Assembly (NCBI GenBank): GCA_951406725.2
Contig: OX597831.1
Location: 49,538,001-49,602,000, forward strand
DNA: 64,000 bases
Direction of reading: 5' to 3'
Origin: Octopus vulgaris
Lineage: Eukaryota
In this document: positions 1 through 14,058 of the stretch, piece by piece
How the letters are laid out: the number at the start of each line of letters is the position of its first letter
How positions within the stretch are numbered: position 1 is the stretch's first letter
Position numbers and translations under genes: made by a program
The notes under the pieces: model-generated
The model's input: only the letters and a program-made list of their open reading frames with translations
The model's database searches: none
Told to the model about the DNA's origin: nothing

Positions 1-24
1 TATATGTGTATATGTATGTACATT

Positions 25-61
<37 letters not shown>

Positions 62-65
62 GTAA

Positions 66-782
66 TTTTTTTTTTCTAGTTTCAGCTCAGAGGTGCGGCC
101 ATGCTGATGCACTGCCGTTTTGTGCTACACTGTTATTGCGACGAACCTCGTCTAATATGTGGCACTTGGTGAAGAATGGAGTTTGATACAGCTACTCTCA
201 TTTGCACCTCTTGCCGTGAGGTAGGTTCATCTGGGACTCTTGAAAGATGTCCAACTTTGATTTAAAAACCGCTACATCTACTTTGTGCAAGTTCCTCAGA
301 CTCTTTGGGAGAATATTAAAAAGCTGTGGGCCCTTGAAACCCAGGCTGTAGCAGAAGCTGGTCCTGAAGCGTGATGGCATTGCTGGGATCTTTGGCACTA
401 TGCAGTGTCGTCCCGTTCTAGCATTGGTGTAGCTTACAATGCCAAAATTTGGCACAATTCCTTCCAGGATCTTCCAGACATATATTACTGCATACCTCTC
501 CCGTCTTCTATCCAGGGAGTAGAGTCTTAGCTGTTTCAACCTTTCCCAGTAGCTGAGCTGTTGCAAAGAGACGATCTTCTTTGTGAATCTTCTCTGGATT
601 GCTTCAAGGTCCGCTGTTAATTTTACACTGGTGGGTGACCATAGCTGTGAGCAGTAATCCAGGCGACTGAGGACGAATGTCCGCCAGAGGACCATCATGG
701 TTTCCTTATCTCTGGTTCTGAATGTTCTTCGGATCCACCCAGCCAGTCGTCTGCACTTTGTCGCCATCCTGGTAATGTGCAT
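66..782 (-). mobile_element. 5'-truncated LINE (CR1/L2-like), C-terminal part of ORF2 plus 3' UTR and A-tail
   Basis: ORF 198..782 has LDYCSQLWSP, LEAIQRRFTK and SYWERLKQLRLYSLDRRRER, typical of the region after the RT domain. A frameshift near the end continues as VPDEP...SNSILHQ. The A-tail reads as the T-run at 66-75. Confidence 0.88.
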
Positions 783-1128
783 TATATATCTTTTATCCTT
801 ATGTTTTATGTTTATATATATCTTTTATCCTTATGTTTTATGTTTATATATTTATATCCAAATTTTTATATATTGTTTTTATATATTTTATATATTTTTA
901 TATATATGCTTATATATATTTTTGATTTTAACTTTTTCTTTATCCATATGATTATATATCTTTATCTACCTCTTAGTGTATATGGACATATGATGTGTAT
1001 ATAAGCAAATGGATTTATATGTGGGAGTATTTTTTTATATGTATAAAAATGTCTATCATTTAGTGTGTAATTGCGTAGTATGCAAATATACGTATGTATA
1101 TATTTGTATATGTGTGTATATGGGTATG

Positions 1129-1208
<80 letters not shown>

Positions 1209-2007
1209 TACATATATATATATACATGGATATTTATGTATGTGTATATCTATATATATATATATATGTTTACCTGTAGGTATGGGAATATACATAACTC
1301 TTTGTTCAATCAGTTATTAAATAGATTAAATAACTTAATTTATGATTAATGCAATTTTCATTCCCTTTCGATTTTTTCTTCATCTACGTACAGGTATATG
1401 TGTAGATGTGTGTCTGTGCGAATGTGTATTTATGTTTATGTATACATATGTATCTATGTGTGTGTCTCTGTGCGTATTTCCATATATGTTTATGTATATG
1501 TAAGTGTGTGTGTGTATGGGTATGCAGAATAATACGTATATATACAGGTATGTATAGTTAACATTTTAACATTTAAAAGGTACAAATAAGAAGTTTCCTT
1601 CATTAATTATTTTCTGTCTTATCTTCATTTATTCCAAACATCACTTAATAATTTATCATATATTTTTTGTTGTGTATTCATCCGCGTCTAACTTTTCCCC
1701 TCCTTTTATCTGAATTTTTGTATGGTTGCGTATTGGTGTATGAACTCATATATTACCCGTTTTTTCTATTTTCTCTTAATATTTCCTCTTAATTCATTCT
1801 AAATATCGTAGCATCACTTAAGTCTTCATATTTTCACTCTTTATCTTGTAATTAATTGATAATTTTAATTAATTTACTTAAGGTAGTAAAACAACGATAC
1901 TTAGTTTTATATCTGTGTATGTGTGAGTATATATTAATATAGATATATGTGTGTGTGTGTTTGTGTATATGTGAGTGTGTATGTGAGTGTTTGTACATGT
2001 GTATGTG

Positions 2008-2040
<33 letters not shown>

Positions 2041-2563
2041 GTATATATTATGTATATCAAATACCGAATGATTTCACTTCTCTACTAGCATAATTTAATA
2101 ACCTGTCTATAGTTTTTTTATATATCACAATTTATCGTACGTCTGCATTGACATTATTGATATTTATATTAACTTATGACAAAAGCTATGTTTATATCTG
2201 TATATAATTTTAAATTATGCGTTAATTCTAATGATATGCTGTGTTTTTTCCTGATTGCTTATTTAATGTTTTCATTACATTTTCAATATGACAAAAATTT
2301 CTTTGTACGTTCTTCCATGAGGATATTCCCACTGATAATAATTGACCAAATTGATTGAATTAAGTTAAATTTGGTTGATTTTATACTATAAGCGATGAAT
2401 TGAAACAATTGTAGGTATTAACAAATTCATATTAATCTTGTCTCCATCTCTCTTGTTTTTTTTGTAATGATTATATATATGCGTGTGCCTATATTACAAG
2501 GTATTATAGCAGTCTAATCTTGGATATGTCTATCCCTCTGAAGTTTATATATATCCTCACCAG

Positions 2564-2603
<40 letters not shown>

Positions 2604-2728
2604 TGGTCCGTATACATAGGTTCAACAAAAATGAGTACTCCATATAACGAGAGTAAAATATTGTTTTCCATGACCACCTCACATATATGGCCCATGCTAC
2701 AAAAAGTTTCACGCATATGAAACCCATA

Positions 2729-2782
<54 letters not shown>

Positions 2783-3247
2783 AAAAATATGGTAAAGTAA
2801 AGGAATTCACTTTACCACACACCGAACTTTTCAGAAATAGCAGCCAAAAATTTGGCTATTTCTTCAACTGCAAATAAAAGTCATATATATATATATGCAT
2901 ATATAGATAGATATAGATATAGATATATCTGTGAAAAGCACACATGTGCGCATACACACCCATATTAATTCATTAAAACATACATATAAATATGTATGTA
3001 ATGAGTATGTGCGTGCGTGTATGTGTGTGTAATCTTTAAAGATTATGTTTCTGCTCTAAAGGCATTATCCAGAATTTGAAGTTATTTTCTAAAATTCTAT
3101 TTTTGTCAAAATTTATCTCACTAGCCTGTAAACATTTGCAGCGTATAAACAGAACCATAACCTTATGGCATACACAAAAACATAAGCCTTACACACACAC
3201 AGAGAAAAATATATATGATATATATATATACATCCATATACATATAC

Positions 3248-3352
<105 letters not shown>

Positions 3353-3369
3353 CATCCATATACATATAC

Positions 3370-3437
<68 letters not shown>

Positions 3438-3906
3438 GTGTATGTGTGTGTTTGTATATATATTGCGCTCACCAGTATTTTGTCTTAGATATTACATTTC
3501 ATCCCTTAAAGCATTATGCATAAATTTTATTTCATTTCTTAGAATTTTCTTTACGCCGAAAAGTAATTGTGGGACCTGTAAACACAGCATGTAAATAGTT
3601 ATTTAACCTATGTGGATATGCGTGTTTATACGAACACAGGCATTTACGCACACATAAACACATACGCACACAAATATTGCATATTGATTTGAGCGATTGG
3701 CTCACAGTCACAAGGTCGTAGTTTCGATTTCTGGAACGGGCACCTCTTTGTGTCTTGGAGCTAGGCATTTGTAGTGCACCTGAGCACTGTATACGAAAAT
3801 TTTTATTATTATCATTATTTCATTTGATGTTGCTTCAATTATTATATTCATTTAAAATCAGTCTTCTCCTCTGAAAATGATAATCAGCCAAATTCTGGCG
3901 CAGCCG

Positions 3907-4012
<106 letters not shown>

Positions 4013-4073
4013 TTAGTATATCCAGACTTTCAGGGATAAATTAGATTTAGGATGAAATCAAATTTGACAGTAT

Positions 4074-4450
4074 AAATATAAATTAAATTAGAGACAAAAC
4101 CACTATTAGGCAACTCAAACAGTGATAGACATAAACCAATACATAAATAACAAAAAATATAAATATAATTAATATAATATATAATATATATAAAATATAA
4201 AATTTAAAATTTAAATTTTTAAATATTTATATTTTTAAATTTAAATATTTAAAATTTTTTTTATTTTTCTATTTTTCTATTTTTATTTTTATTTTCATTT
4301 TTTAATTTCATTTTTTAAATTTAAAAAAATTTTTTTTAACTAACCAAAAAGTATAAGAAATATAAATATAAAATAAGTTATTTATGTATTGGTTTTATTC
4401 ACTGTTTGAGTTGCCTAATAGTGGTTTTATTTCTAATTTAATTTATATAT
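4074..4450. mobile_element. MITE-like foldback element with about 70-bp terminal inverted repeats
   Basis: AATTAAATTAGA..AAAACCACTATTAGGCAACTCAAACAGTGA..CCAATACATAAATAAC (4081-4151) is mirrored at 4377-4443. AT-only interior, TA-rich flanks. Confidence 0.75.
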
Positions 4451-4883
4451 ATATATTTATATAAACAAGTCAAATTGCGATAAAATAAAAATAATTATTA
4501 TCGCTTTCTCCCCCTCACTCTCCTATGATCACGTTTTAATGTTCCGTTGCTTTAAGAGTTGTAGGACCACGAGGATATCGATGTGTATTTGCGAATACAT
4601 AGTCACATAAATATACAGTTAACAGAAGTATGGATCATGCTACCAAGTCATTCTAACTTGTGAGGCAAAACTTGGTTGCTTGTATTTTTTAAATATGTTA
4701 CATTCGCATATGTGTTCAAACCCGCACGGATGACGGGACTAGTCACAAAGGTGCACTGAACCCTACCAATACTGACAACAAAACTTGTTATTCTACAAAG
4801 CTATTGAATTCTCTCTTTCTTAGAGATAATTGAACCAAATACATTATACTCATTCTCAAAATGCAATTGGAATTTCAGCATGT

Positions 4884-5059
4884 GCGTAGGAATCGCTGTG
4901 TGGTAAGTAGCTTGCTTACCAACCACAGGGCTCCGGGTTCAGTCCAACTACGTGGAACCTTGGGCAAGTGTCTTCTACTATAGCCTCGGGCCGACCAAAG
5001 CCTTGTGAGTGGATTTGGGAGACGAAAACTGAAAGAAGCCCGTCGTATATATGTATGTG

Positions 5060-5121
<62 letters not shown>

Positions 5122-5176
5122 ATATATGTATATATATATGTATATATATATATATGTATATATATATGTATATATG

Positions 5177-5238
<62 letters not shown>

Positions 5239-5337
5239 GTATATATATATGTATATATATATGTATATATGTATATATATATACATATATATGTATATAT
5301 ATATATATGTATGTATATATATATATATGTATATATG

Positions 5338-5434
<97 letters not shown>

Positions 5435-5688
5435 GTACATATATATGTATATATATATGTACGTGTGTGTATATGTCTGTGTTTGCCCCCCCCCAACATC
5501 GCTTGACAACCGATGCTGGTGTGCTTACGTCCCCATAACTTGGCGGTCCGGTAAAAGAGACCGATAGAATAAGTACTAGGCTTACAAAGAATAAGTCCTG
5601 GAATCGATGTGCTCGACTAAAGGTGGTGCTCCAGCATGGCCACAGTCAAATGACTGAAACAAGTAAAAGAGCAAAGAGCAAAAGAGAG
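4884..5688 (+). mobile_element. SINE family A (tRNA-like head, internal (TA)/(TG) tract, LINE-like tail), full length
   Basis: A/B-box-like head (GCTGTGTGGTAAG...GGGTTCAGTCC), CCTTGGGCAAG core, about 400 bp internal TA repeat, tail GGTGCTCCAGCATGGCCACAGTCAAATGACTGAAACAAGTAAAAGAG. Many copies in the window. Confidence 0.9.
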
Positions 5689-6803
5689 TATGTGCAGGGA
5701 CATCAGTAAAGGGCACCCAAGAAGAGAAATTCTTCATAAGGAAGAGATAATACAATCATATGCACTCATTCTCTCTCTTCCTCTCTCTGTTAAACTGTGT
5801 TTAATCAGCTGAAGGAGAATCACAAGCTTTATTCTCTTTCCCCCAACTTTTTGTCCTTGTTTTATTTTTCTCATGATCTTTTTCTCCCTTTCCTCGGCTG
5901 CAGCCATATCATTTGAGCCTCAACGATTGCTGGATCGTGGACAGTAGGCTATACAAGCGCGTACGATTACTGTACAATCCGTGTTTGAAACTTGAAAGAG
6001 CACATGTATAAATCCTGTATTCATTAAATGATGCTTGTCTTTCACTGGACTGAATACTCTTTCGATGATCCTACCTGCAAGCGAACAGTACACTATATAT
6101 GTATGCATGCGTGTATACGTACATTTATCTGTTAATCTAGCAATAAATTTATATGTATTTGCATATGCATATATAAACACACACGTGCATATACTTTAAT
6201 TGAATGCTATTAATTTAATGGATATCAAGGAATAACATTGGTTCTTTAATGTTGAGGAGGATCAATACTAAAAACAGAGCAGAGAAATAGATTAAAAAGA
6301 TAATGAACTCTAACGTATATAAACCTCAATATTTGATTGGTACTCTATTTTAACGATCCATAAGGATAGAACGCTAATTTAACCGCGGCAGGAAGTGAAA
6401 AAGAATAAATAAATAAAGAGCCAGCGAAAAATATTCCATGGCATTTTACCTAACATTCTACCGTTCTGTCTATCCGCCATATTTAATAATTGTTTCTGAT
6501 ATAGGCCAACGACCTTGCGAGTAGGATTTAAGTCGGTCGCATTACCTTTGTAGCAAGTCATATTAGCACTATTTGCCGATGGTAGCTTAATTTAGTCGTT
6601 TTGCCGAAAATAACCAATCACTGTTGGCTGCGGAAGGATACACGCGGCCCAGGCAGTGAAGCGCGAGTTTTAAAAAGAAAGGCCAGTAGTCGAATAGATG
6701 AGATATGATGTGCAGATTAGATGAGCTTCGGCCTGGCAGGAGTTTGATCAGAAATTAGCACTCTTCAACTGAAGGACGCATACATACTACACGCACGCAC
6801 ACA

Positions 6804-6840
<37 letters not shown>

Positions 6841-6959
6841 ACACACACATACACACACATACACACATATATACATATATATTCAAAATGTGACCGCGTG
6901 TGTATCGTTGGCGATTTTTTCCCTCCGTCTTCCCTTCTTTGGATCTTTCCTTTTCCTAT

Positions 6960-6994
6960 GTTTCTGATGAAGAGCTCCGCTCGAAACGTTAAAC
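6960..6994 (+). ncRNA. Minimal type-I hammerhead ribozyme motif
   Basis: GTTT-CTGATGA-A-GAGC(TCC)GCTC-GAAA-CGTT-AAAC: stem I GTTT/AAAC, intact core, stem II, palindromic stem III. Confidence 0.7.
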
Positions 6995-7424
6995 CCTCCT
7001 TCTTTCCTTCTTTCCTGAGCGTCCAATAATACTATACTTGTTCCACGTTTTCGCGTTGTTGTGTTTTCTCTTTGTGTTTTCATGTTTGGATTAACTATAT
7101 ATATATACATCCAAACTTAACCTGGATGTGCTGTCTAAACGCCATAAACTGTAGTAATTATTCTGAATAATCATCACGTATAGACAAATAGTGCTAAAAA
7201 GCACAGATTATAACAGCTAACAAACTATTGCATCACGTGATTTCAGCTATTTTCGTATCATCAGCAAGAGACCACTAAACATCGATTGTGAAACTGGAAT
7301 CTCGTCAAATCGATGTCGCTTGATACTGACTAAACTGTAACTGATGTTCCAAAAAACATACATACGTGTGTGTGTGTGCGCACACACACGCTCATATATG
7401 CATGTATATATGTATATATACATA

Positions 7425-7814
7425 GGCGCAGTCGTGTCTGTGTGGAATGAATCTTACTTTCCAACTGCATGACTCCAGGTTCATTCCCACTGGTTGGCGC
7501 TTTGGGGCAAACGTTTTCTATAATAGCATTGGGACGACCAAAGCCTTGTAAGTGGATTTGGTCGACAAAAACTGAAAGAATTCCGGTGTATGTGTGTGTA
7601 TGTTTTTGTGTCTGTGTTTGTTCCCCCACTACCGCTTGACAACCAGTGTTTGTTTGCTTACGTTGGAGTATTCCCGTAACATAGCGGTTCAACCAAGAAA
7701 CCGATAGGATAAGTACCAGGCTTGAAAAAAACAAAAGAAGTATTGGGGTTAATTTACTCGACTAAAAATTCTTCAAGGCAATGCCTAGTCTAATGACTGA
7801 AGCAAGTAAAAAAG

Positions 7815-7815
<1 letters not shown>
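7425..7815 (+). mobile_element. SINE family A, diverged full-length copy
   Basis: Same head, core and tail order as 4884-5688, with a short internal TG tract. Confidence 0.85.
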
Positions 7816-7880
<65 letters not shown>

Positions 7881-8086
7881 AGTATAAAATGGGACAAGAA
7901 CGTAAAACATCGGTACAACTAGGTGATACAAAAAGGGACAACAAAACATCCAGATAGATGATACAAAGAAAACAGGGACGGGTCATTCGAAGTTTCCTAT
8001 CTTCAGTCAAGAACCAGATTATCCTAGCAATTTCAGTTGATTATTCTTGATATATATATATATTATTCTTGATATTATATTATTCT

Positions 8087-8119
<33 letters not shown>

Positions 8120-8134
8120 CCTGTTTTTTGTATG

Positions 8135-8218
<84 letters not shown>

Positions 8219-8917
8219 CCTATCTATCTATCTTCACATCCATATGTAATCATTCATATGTAGATTAGGGATACATTATGAAGAAAATTACCGCTAGACT
8301 TCTGATATTCGAAGAAGAAGCTAGTGCCAGATTGCCGATCACACTACAGACATCTATTTGTTTCTATAACTTCTTAAGATCACATTTAGTTTTAGTTTTC
8401 TTTTGACGAAACATACATAAAGAATGTAAATAGTAAATATTTATAAAATAAAGATAATGAGCTTAAATTTAAGTAATAAACTTAAATTATAGAAGGGGAA
8501 AAAAACTAGAATTGTATTACTGCATAATACCAATTTGAATATTTCCTTTCTTTTTTATCTATTCATTCAACTTGTCAATTTGCACAAAGAAATTTTAAAT
8601 GGCACAAAAAGTGAAAAACAACGAAACATTATTGTGATAATAGCTAATTGATCCAATATAGTATATACTTGCGTGTCTACGCATGTGTGCCTGCATATAT
8701 ATATATTATATGCATACACATATATATGCATATATGTATGTATATACATATGTATATCTATGTATATATGTTAGGCATATATATATATATATGAATACCT
8801 ACATACATATGTACATATGTAGGTACGTACATACATGCATACAAATTCGCACACATCTATAGGTAATTATTTAAAATATACTAGCTATTGTCATAGGAAT
8901 ATTTCGCTTGTCTTGAT

Positions 8918-8972
<55 letters not shown>

Positions 8973-8991
8973 GGTATCTAGACTGTATCTA

Positions 8992-9038
<47 letters not shown>

Positions 9039-9118
9039 TTTACATTTTTATATATTCATATATATATATTTGTATATATATGTGTATGTATGTATATGTA
9101 TATGTATATGTATATGTG

Positions 9119-9169
<51 letters not shown>

Positions 9170-9607
9170 AATACTCACAAATTTGTAACTTTTTTCGAGA
9201 AATTATGTGTATTATGCATGTAAATATATGTGTGTGCATGTATGTATGTACATGTGTGTGTATGTGTGTGTGTGTGTGTTTGAGTGGTTACATATAGTAT
9301 GCGTGGCGTAGACTATTTATTGGCAGACAGATCAAAAGAAATGTAAAAAAAAAAATATAATGAAATAGTTAAAGCGACAAAGTTTTGTAGGTTAGGTTGA
9401 AGTGCGTGTGTGGCCTATTGTAATATTTCCGCGTGTGTATATTTGTATGTGCACATCTATGCACAAATGTACGCATCTATGTACAAATACATACATAAAT
9501 ATTCAGACATTGCCCATCATATGCACGCAACTACACACAGCAACAGTTGCACAAATTAAAAAGATATATATATTTATATATGCATGTGCGATCATATATA
9601 TATATAC

Positions 9608-9698
<91 letters not shown>

Positions 9699-9815
9699 GT
9701 TTGTAAATGCACGTTAAAGCACTTAGAATATATCTAATATTTAGAACTCTATGCGAATAGAATGCATCTTGTTTTAGCGAAATATCTTGTAGTCTTTGGT
9801 TATAAGTATTGAATA

Positions 9816-9846
<31 letters not shown>

Positions 9847-9997
9847 AAAACAAGGTTAGGTATTTATATTAAGAAATTATTTATATATAGCATTGTATAT
9901 CTGTTCACGTGTTTCAGTGACCATCGCTAGACATTATATGTATGGTTTAGATGATCACCGATCATGTAAAGAAATCCTTTACACACAAATATTTATC

Positions 9998-10030
<33 letters not shown>

Positions 10031-10429
10031 TCGCACACACAAACATACACACATACATATAGATAAATACATACATATATGCATGTATGGAAATTATGTC
10101 TCTGTGTGTATGCCTAATTGCGTGTATTTGCAATTTGTATTACTTTAACAACTTCCCTCTAAATTGCTAATACGGAACATAATTGAATTGCCAAAGGATT
10201 AGGGCAGGGCCAATTTGAGGGTAAGTGTGAGAAGCTTAATGAAACAATGAAGGGGAACAGATACGCAAAATGTCTTGACCTGCATGGAAGTAGAATTGTA
10301 AAAGAACCCCTATTACATCCATTTGGGTATTTTGTATGGTATACATCAGTATAATATCTGCATTTGGGTACGTTGAGAAACTCTTCATCGAATTATAAAA
10401 AAAGGGTTTCCTAGTGTTTTGATTGTAGA

Positions 10430-10680
10430 GGCGCGTGGCTTAGTGGTTAGGGTGTCAGCATCATGATCGTAAGATTGTGGTTTCGATTCCTGGACCGGGC
10501 GACGCGTTGTGTTCTTGAGCAAAACACTTCATTTCACGTTGTTCCAGTCTACTCAGCTGGAAAAAAATGAGTAACGCTGCGATGGACTGGCGTCCCGTCC
10601 AGCTTGGGAACACATACGCCATTGAAACCAGGAAACCGGCCCCATGAGCCTGGCTAGGCTTTAAAAGGGCGTATTTATTA
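10430..10680 (+). mobile_element. SINE family B, tail type 1
   Basis: tRNA-like head GGCGCGTGGCTTAGTGGTTAG...GGTTTCGATTCC, central TTGAGCAAAACACTTCATTTCACGTTGTTCCAGTCTACTCAGCTG, distinct tail ending TATTTATTATT. Confidence 0.88.
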
Positions 10681-10837
10681 TTTTTTAGTGTTTTGATTAC
10701 CATAGCAATTCGTGAAACCAATGATGTATGTAATCATTCTTGACATATTCCGGCGGATATGAACATGAACGTGTCTATTGCTGTTGTATAGCGCTATTGG
10801 AGAACATATCTATGTAATATACTGGTTTAAGCACCCA

Positions 10838-11306
10838 CCCCCATATAACTTCTCATAATTTTATTTCTTGAAATTTTCGAAAACTTTTTATGAATTTATG
10901 TTCTATACGCGGTAATTCATACGACTATGCAAAAAAAAGACCTCTCCCCCCGCCCCGGAAATCCTAAAAGGGCACTCTTTTTCGAATTGTTTTAAGAGTT
11001 TAAAATACTGACACTCCGAAGTTTTTGCTTAAATCCAGCAATGGACCACTCTTGGGTGCATCATCATTCCATTAAATGTGTTTATGGGGGAAAAATATTG
11101 AAAAAACATCAATACATGTCCGAGTGACAAAGAAACGTGGGTGTCAGCCGGTTCTGAGATGTGCGAAAAATAACAGCTAAATCGCCTTTAAACTACACAG
11201 ATAGACACATTTTTTTTTTTTACATAAGTGTATGAATTTTCGTGTGTAAAACCCAAATTCATAAAAATTTTCTGAAAATTCCGAAAAATAAAGAAGTTAT
11301 ATGGGG
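10838..11306. mobile_element. MITE-like element with imperfect about 60-bp inverted ends
   Basis: CCCCATATAACTTCT..AAATTTTCGAAAACTTTTTATGAATTT is mirrored by AAATTCATAAAAATTTTCTGAAAATT..AGAAGTTATATGGGG. Confidence 0.65.
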
Positions 11307-12143
11307 TTATATGGGACGCATAAATATGAATTCTGCCCATCTGCCTTCAGACTATCCGTGTTGATAATATAAAAGCTTCAGTGACACATGTGGACTTTGG
11401 GATACTGATGTAAGGCATGTTCACATTCGAATCTGCTGTAACACGTTAACAATGAATAGTCACGTCATTGTATTGGTTCTCGCTGTTTGGTTTGTTCGTA
11501 ATAGTTTGAAATACGAATAGGTGCTGGGCTTTGGGTAGAAGATAATATTGGAGGATCAGTTAATTATGATTTTATTCAACATAAAATCGTCTCAGATTCA
11601 CGCACTTATTGCAGCGATCCTTTATATTTTTTTCTAAGCCATGTAAAAGAACTCGGAAGTTTGGGCCATCAGCCAAGCCTTTCGCGACACCCTTAAATTC
11701 AGTAACTTTTCAGCACACCCCTATTCATGAAGATCCAAGGTAACCGAAATATCCAAGGCATATATTGTTCAACACTAAACCGTTCCAAATTCAGTGAATT
11801 TTGGGATCTTCTAGATATAAGCCATACACAGACTATCAGAGCATACTCGAACAAGCAAGGCTCTATAATAAAAGAGATGCATACTTGTGAACGGAAATTT
11901 ATGAAGAACTAATTTCAAGCATGTATATGACGTGATTGATTTGGTGTCAGGAGATATAACATTTTAAGCGTTTATTAGTGGAACATATTTCCGCTCACTT
12001 TATCATTAAGCTAAATTAATTTCCTTGTTTCAGAAAAGTTTCTAATCATACATATTAAAAGTTTATGTTTTCATATCACGGAACAATATTCTCCTTAATT
12101 TTGTTACTAAATTAATTTATCTGCCTTTATATATGTATATATA

Positions 12144-12195
<52 letters not shown>

Positions 12196-13971
12196 ATTAT
12201 GAGCGAATATTAATTCAAAGTCCACAGGAATGAGACGTTCAGATTAAAGGTACTAAAGTGAACTTCTCTCAATATTTTATTCATATATATCAAAGTGGTA
12301 TTATTTTATTATTTTATGGCTCGGTCGGGTATAATATCTTTTAATGTTGATTGTGTTGAAGGTGGTTCTATCTCTAAAACTACTTTCATATATATATATA
12401 TATATATAAGTACGGTAAGATATAATATAATAATATATTAAAAATATACTACCTATATTACAAATATAAGTGGCTCGTTAGCAATTAAAATCTAAAGGCA
12501 AGTTAATACATAAGGGTACAAATTAGTACCGGCAATTGCTAGAAATAAGAGTCAAAATGACTCGAAATAGCCAGACAGAGTAATAACCTCATGATGCTAA
12601 AGCACCTTTCCGTGTTGAGATAAACTCACAAAATGAGTCACAATATATATATATATATATATATATTGTTATTTTTGTTGGTTTTGTTTAAGTCCAGGTC
12701 GACGTGTTATCAAAAGCAATCCATCCATGAACATCCTGGCTTCTATTTAGCGCATCTTAGATTACAAAACTCACGTGTAGTTCAATTTTCGACGAAAGAG
12801 TGTAATTTTGAGGATACTGAGCCGCTATTTCTTTTTTGCAAATCAAGAAATCAGACAGAAGCTTAACCTGAGCACTCGATCTGTGATGAGCTCCAAATAA
12901 ACTAGTTGTAGTTCTTGAACATGGGTAATGTATTTGCTTCCGTTTCTGATTTGTAGATTATAAATGTCATTAGTTGTTCTGGAATGGTAAATGGTTCGGT
13001 CCTTGCTGTTATTTTGTGTGTGCATGTGTGTGTGTGTGTGTGTGTGTATGTGTGTGTGTGCGGGGACAGCGTGTATTGTAGTGTACTGTATCGGCAGTAA
13101 ATAGCTGAACGTAATAATACATAATAGAAATTGTCATTAAAGCAAATGCTTGTCGTTCTTATAGATTGTAAATGTCAGTAGTTCTTTCGAATTGTAAACC
13201 TTTTTCTGTTTTTTATACATTGCAAATATCAGCTTTTATTATTGATAGTGAACAATCGTATTTTGCTATGGAGAGTTTGGTATGGATAGCGATTATTTGT
13301 TATATGTATGGATTAGATGATGTTGTATATGTCTTTAGTGTTTGTTATTGCAGTAGTTGTTTAGATTCTGATAACCCTGATCCAGTGGACATGCGACAAA
13401 TGACATTGTAGCTGGGAACATTACGTTATCTAGACATTTTGAGAACAGCCCACTTGACATCAGCCTTGGCTCAATGATGCAAACTTCCTGCTTAAATTGG
13501 TCTAAATTAAAAGCCCTTCATCAAAATTTCTTGTTAATTTGTTCCATACAGCAGTTAATAATTATAGTTATTTTACTAAATTCATTATTTTCAAAGTAAT
13601 TGACAAAAAGGAAGATATACAGGTGTATAAGGGTTAAAATTATTTAAGGTTAAGTGATGTGATTATTTTGTTTCAAAGATAGTATGGCATGATTTGAATG
13701 AGATTTAGCTGTTGCCTCTTACAGTTCGAACACTCGCGATTTGGTTCATCTCGTAGAAATGATTAAGCTTTGAATTTTTCTCTTTGTAAAAAAATCAGAG
13801 GAACGCCCGTTTTATGCGTTGCCAATATTCATTCAGCTTCTTTTACATTCTCTCTTGAAATTCTGCTGATATAGATTTCAAACTTTGGCACAAAGCCAGC
13901 CATTTTGGGCCAGGGGATAAGTTGATTACTTCTATCCCAGAGCTCAACTGGTGCTTATTTTATTGATCTCG

Positions 13972-14058
<87 letters not shown>

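Larger units (their letters stand above)
10150..11912 (+). pseudogene. Highly decayed Gypsy-like pol relic (RNase H to integrase), interrupted by a SINE and a MITE
   Basis: ORF 11727..11912 FSEFWDLLDISHTQTIRAYSNKQGSIIKEMH resembles the integrase core LLGIxHxxTTAYHPQxNGxVERFH. Upstream LHGSRIVKEPL and IHQYNICI weakly resemble RNase H. Pattern recognition only. Confidence 0.4.
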
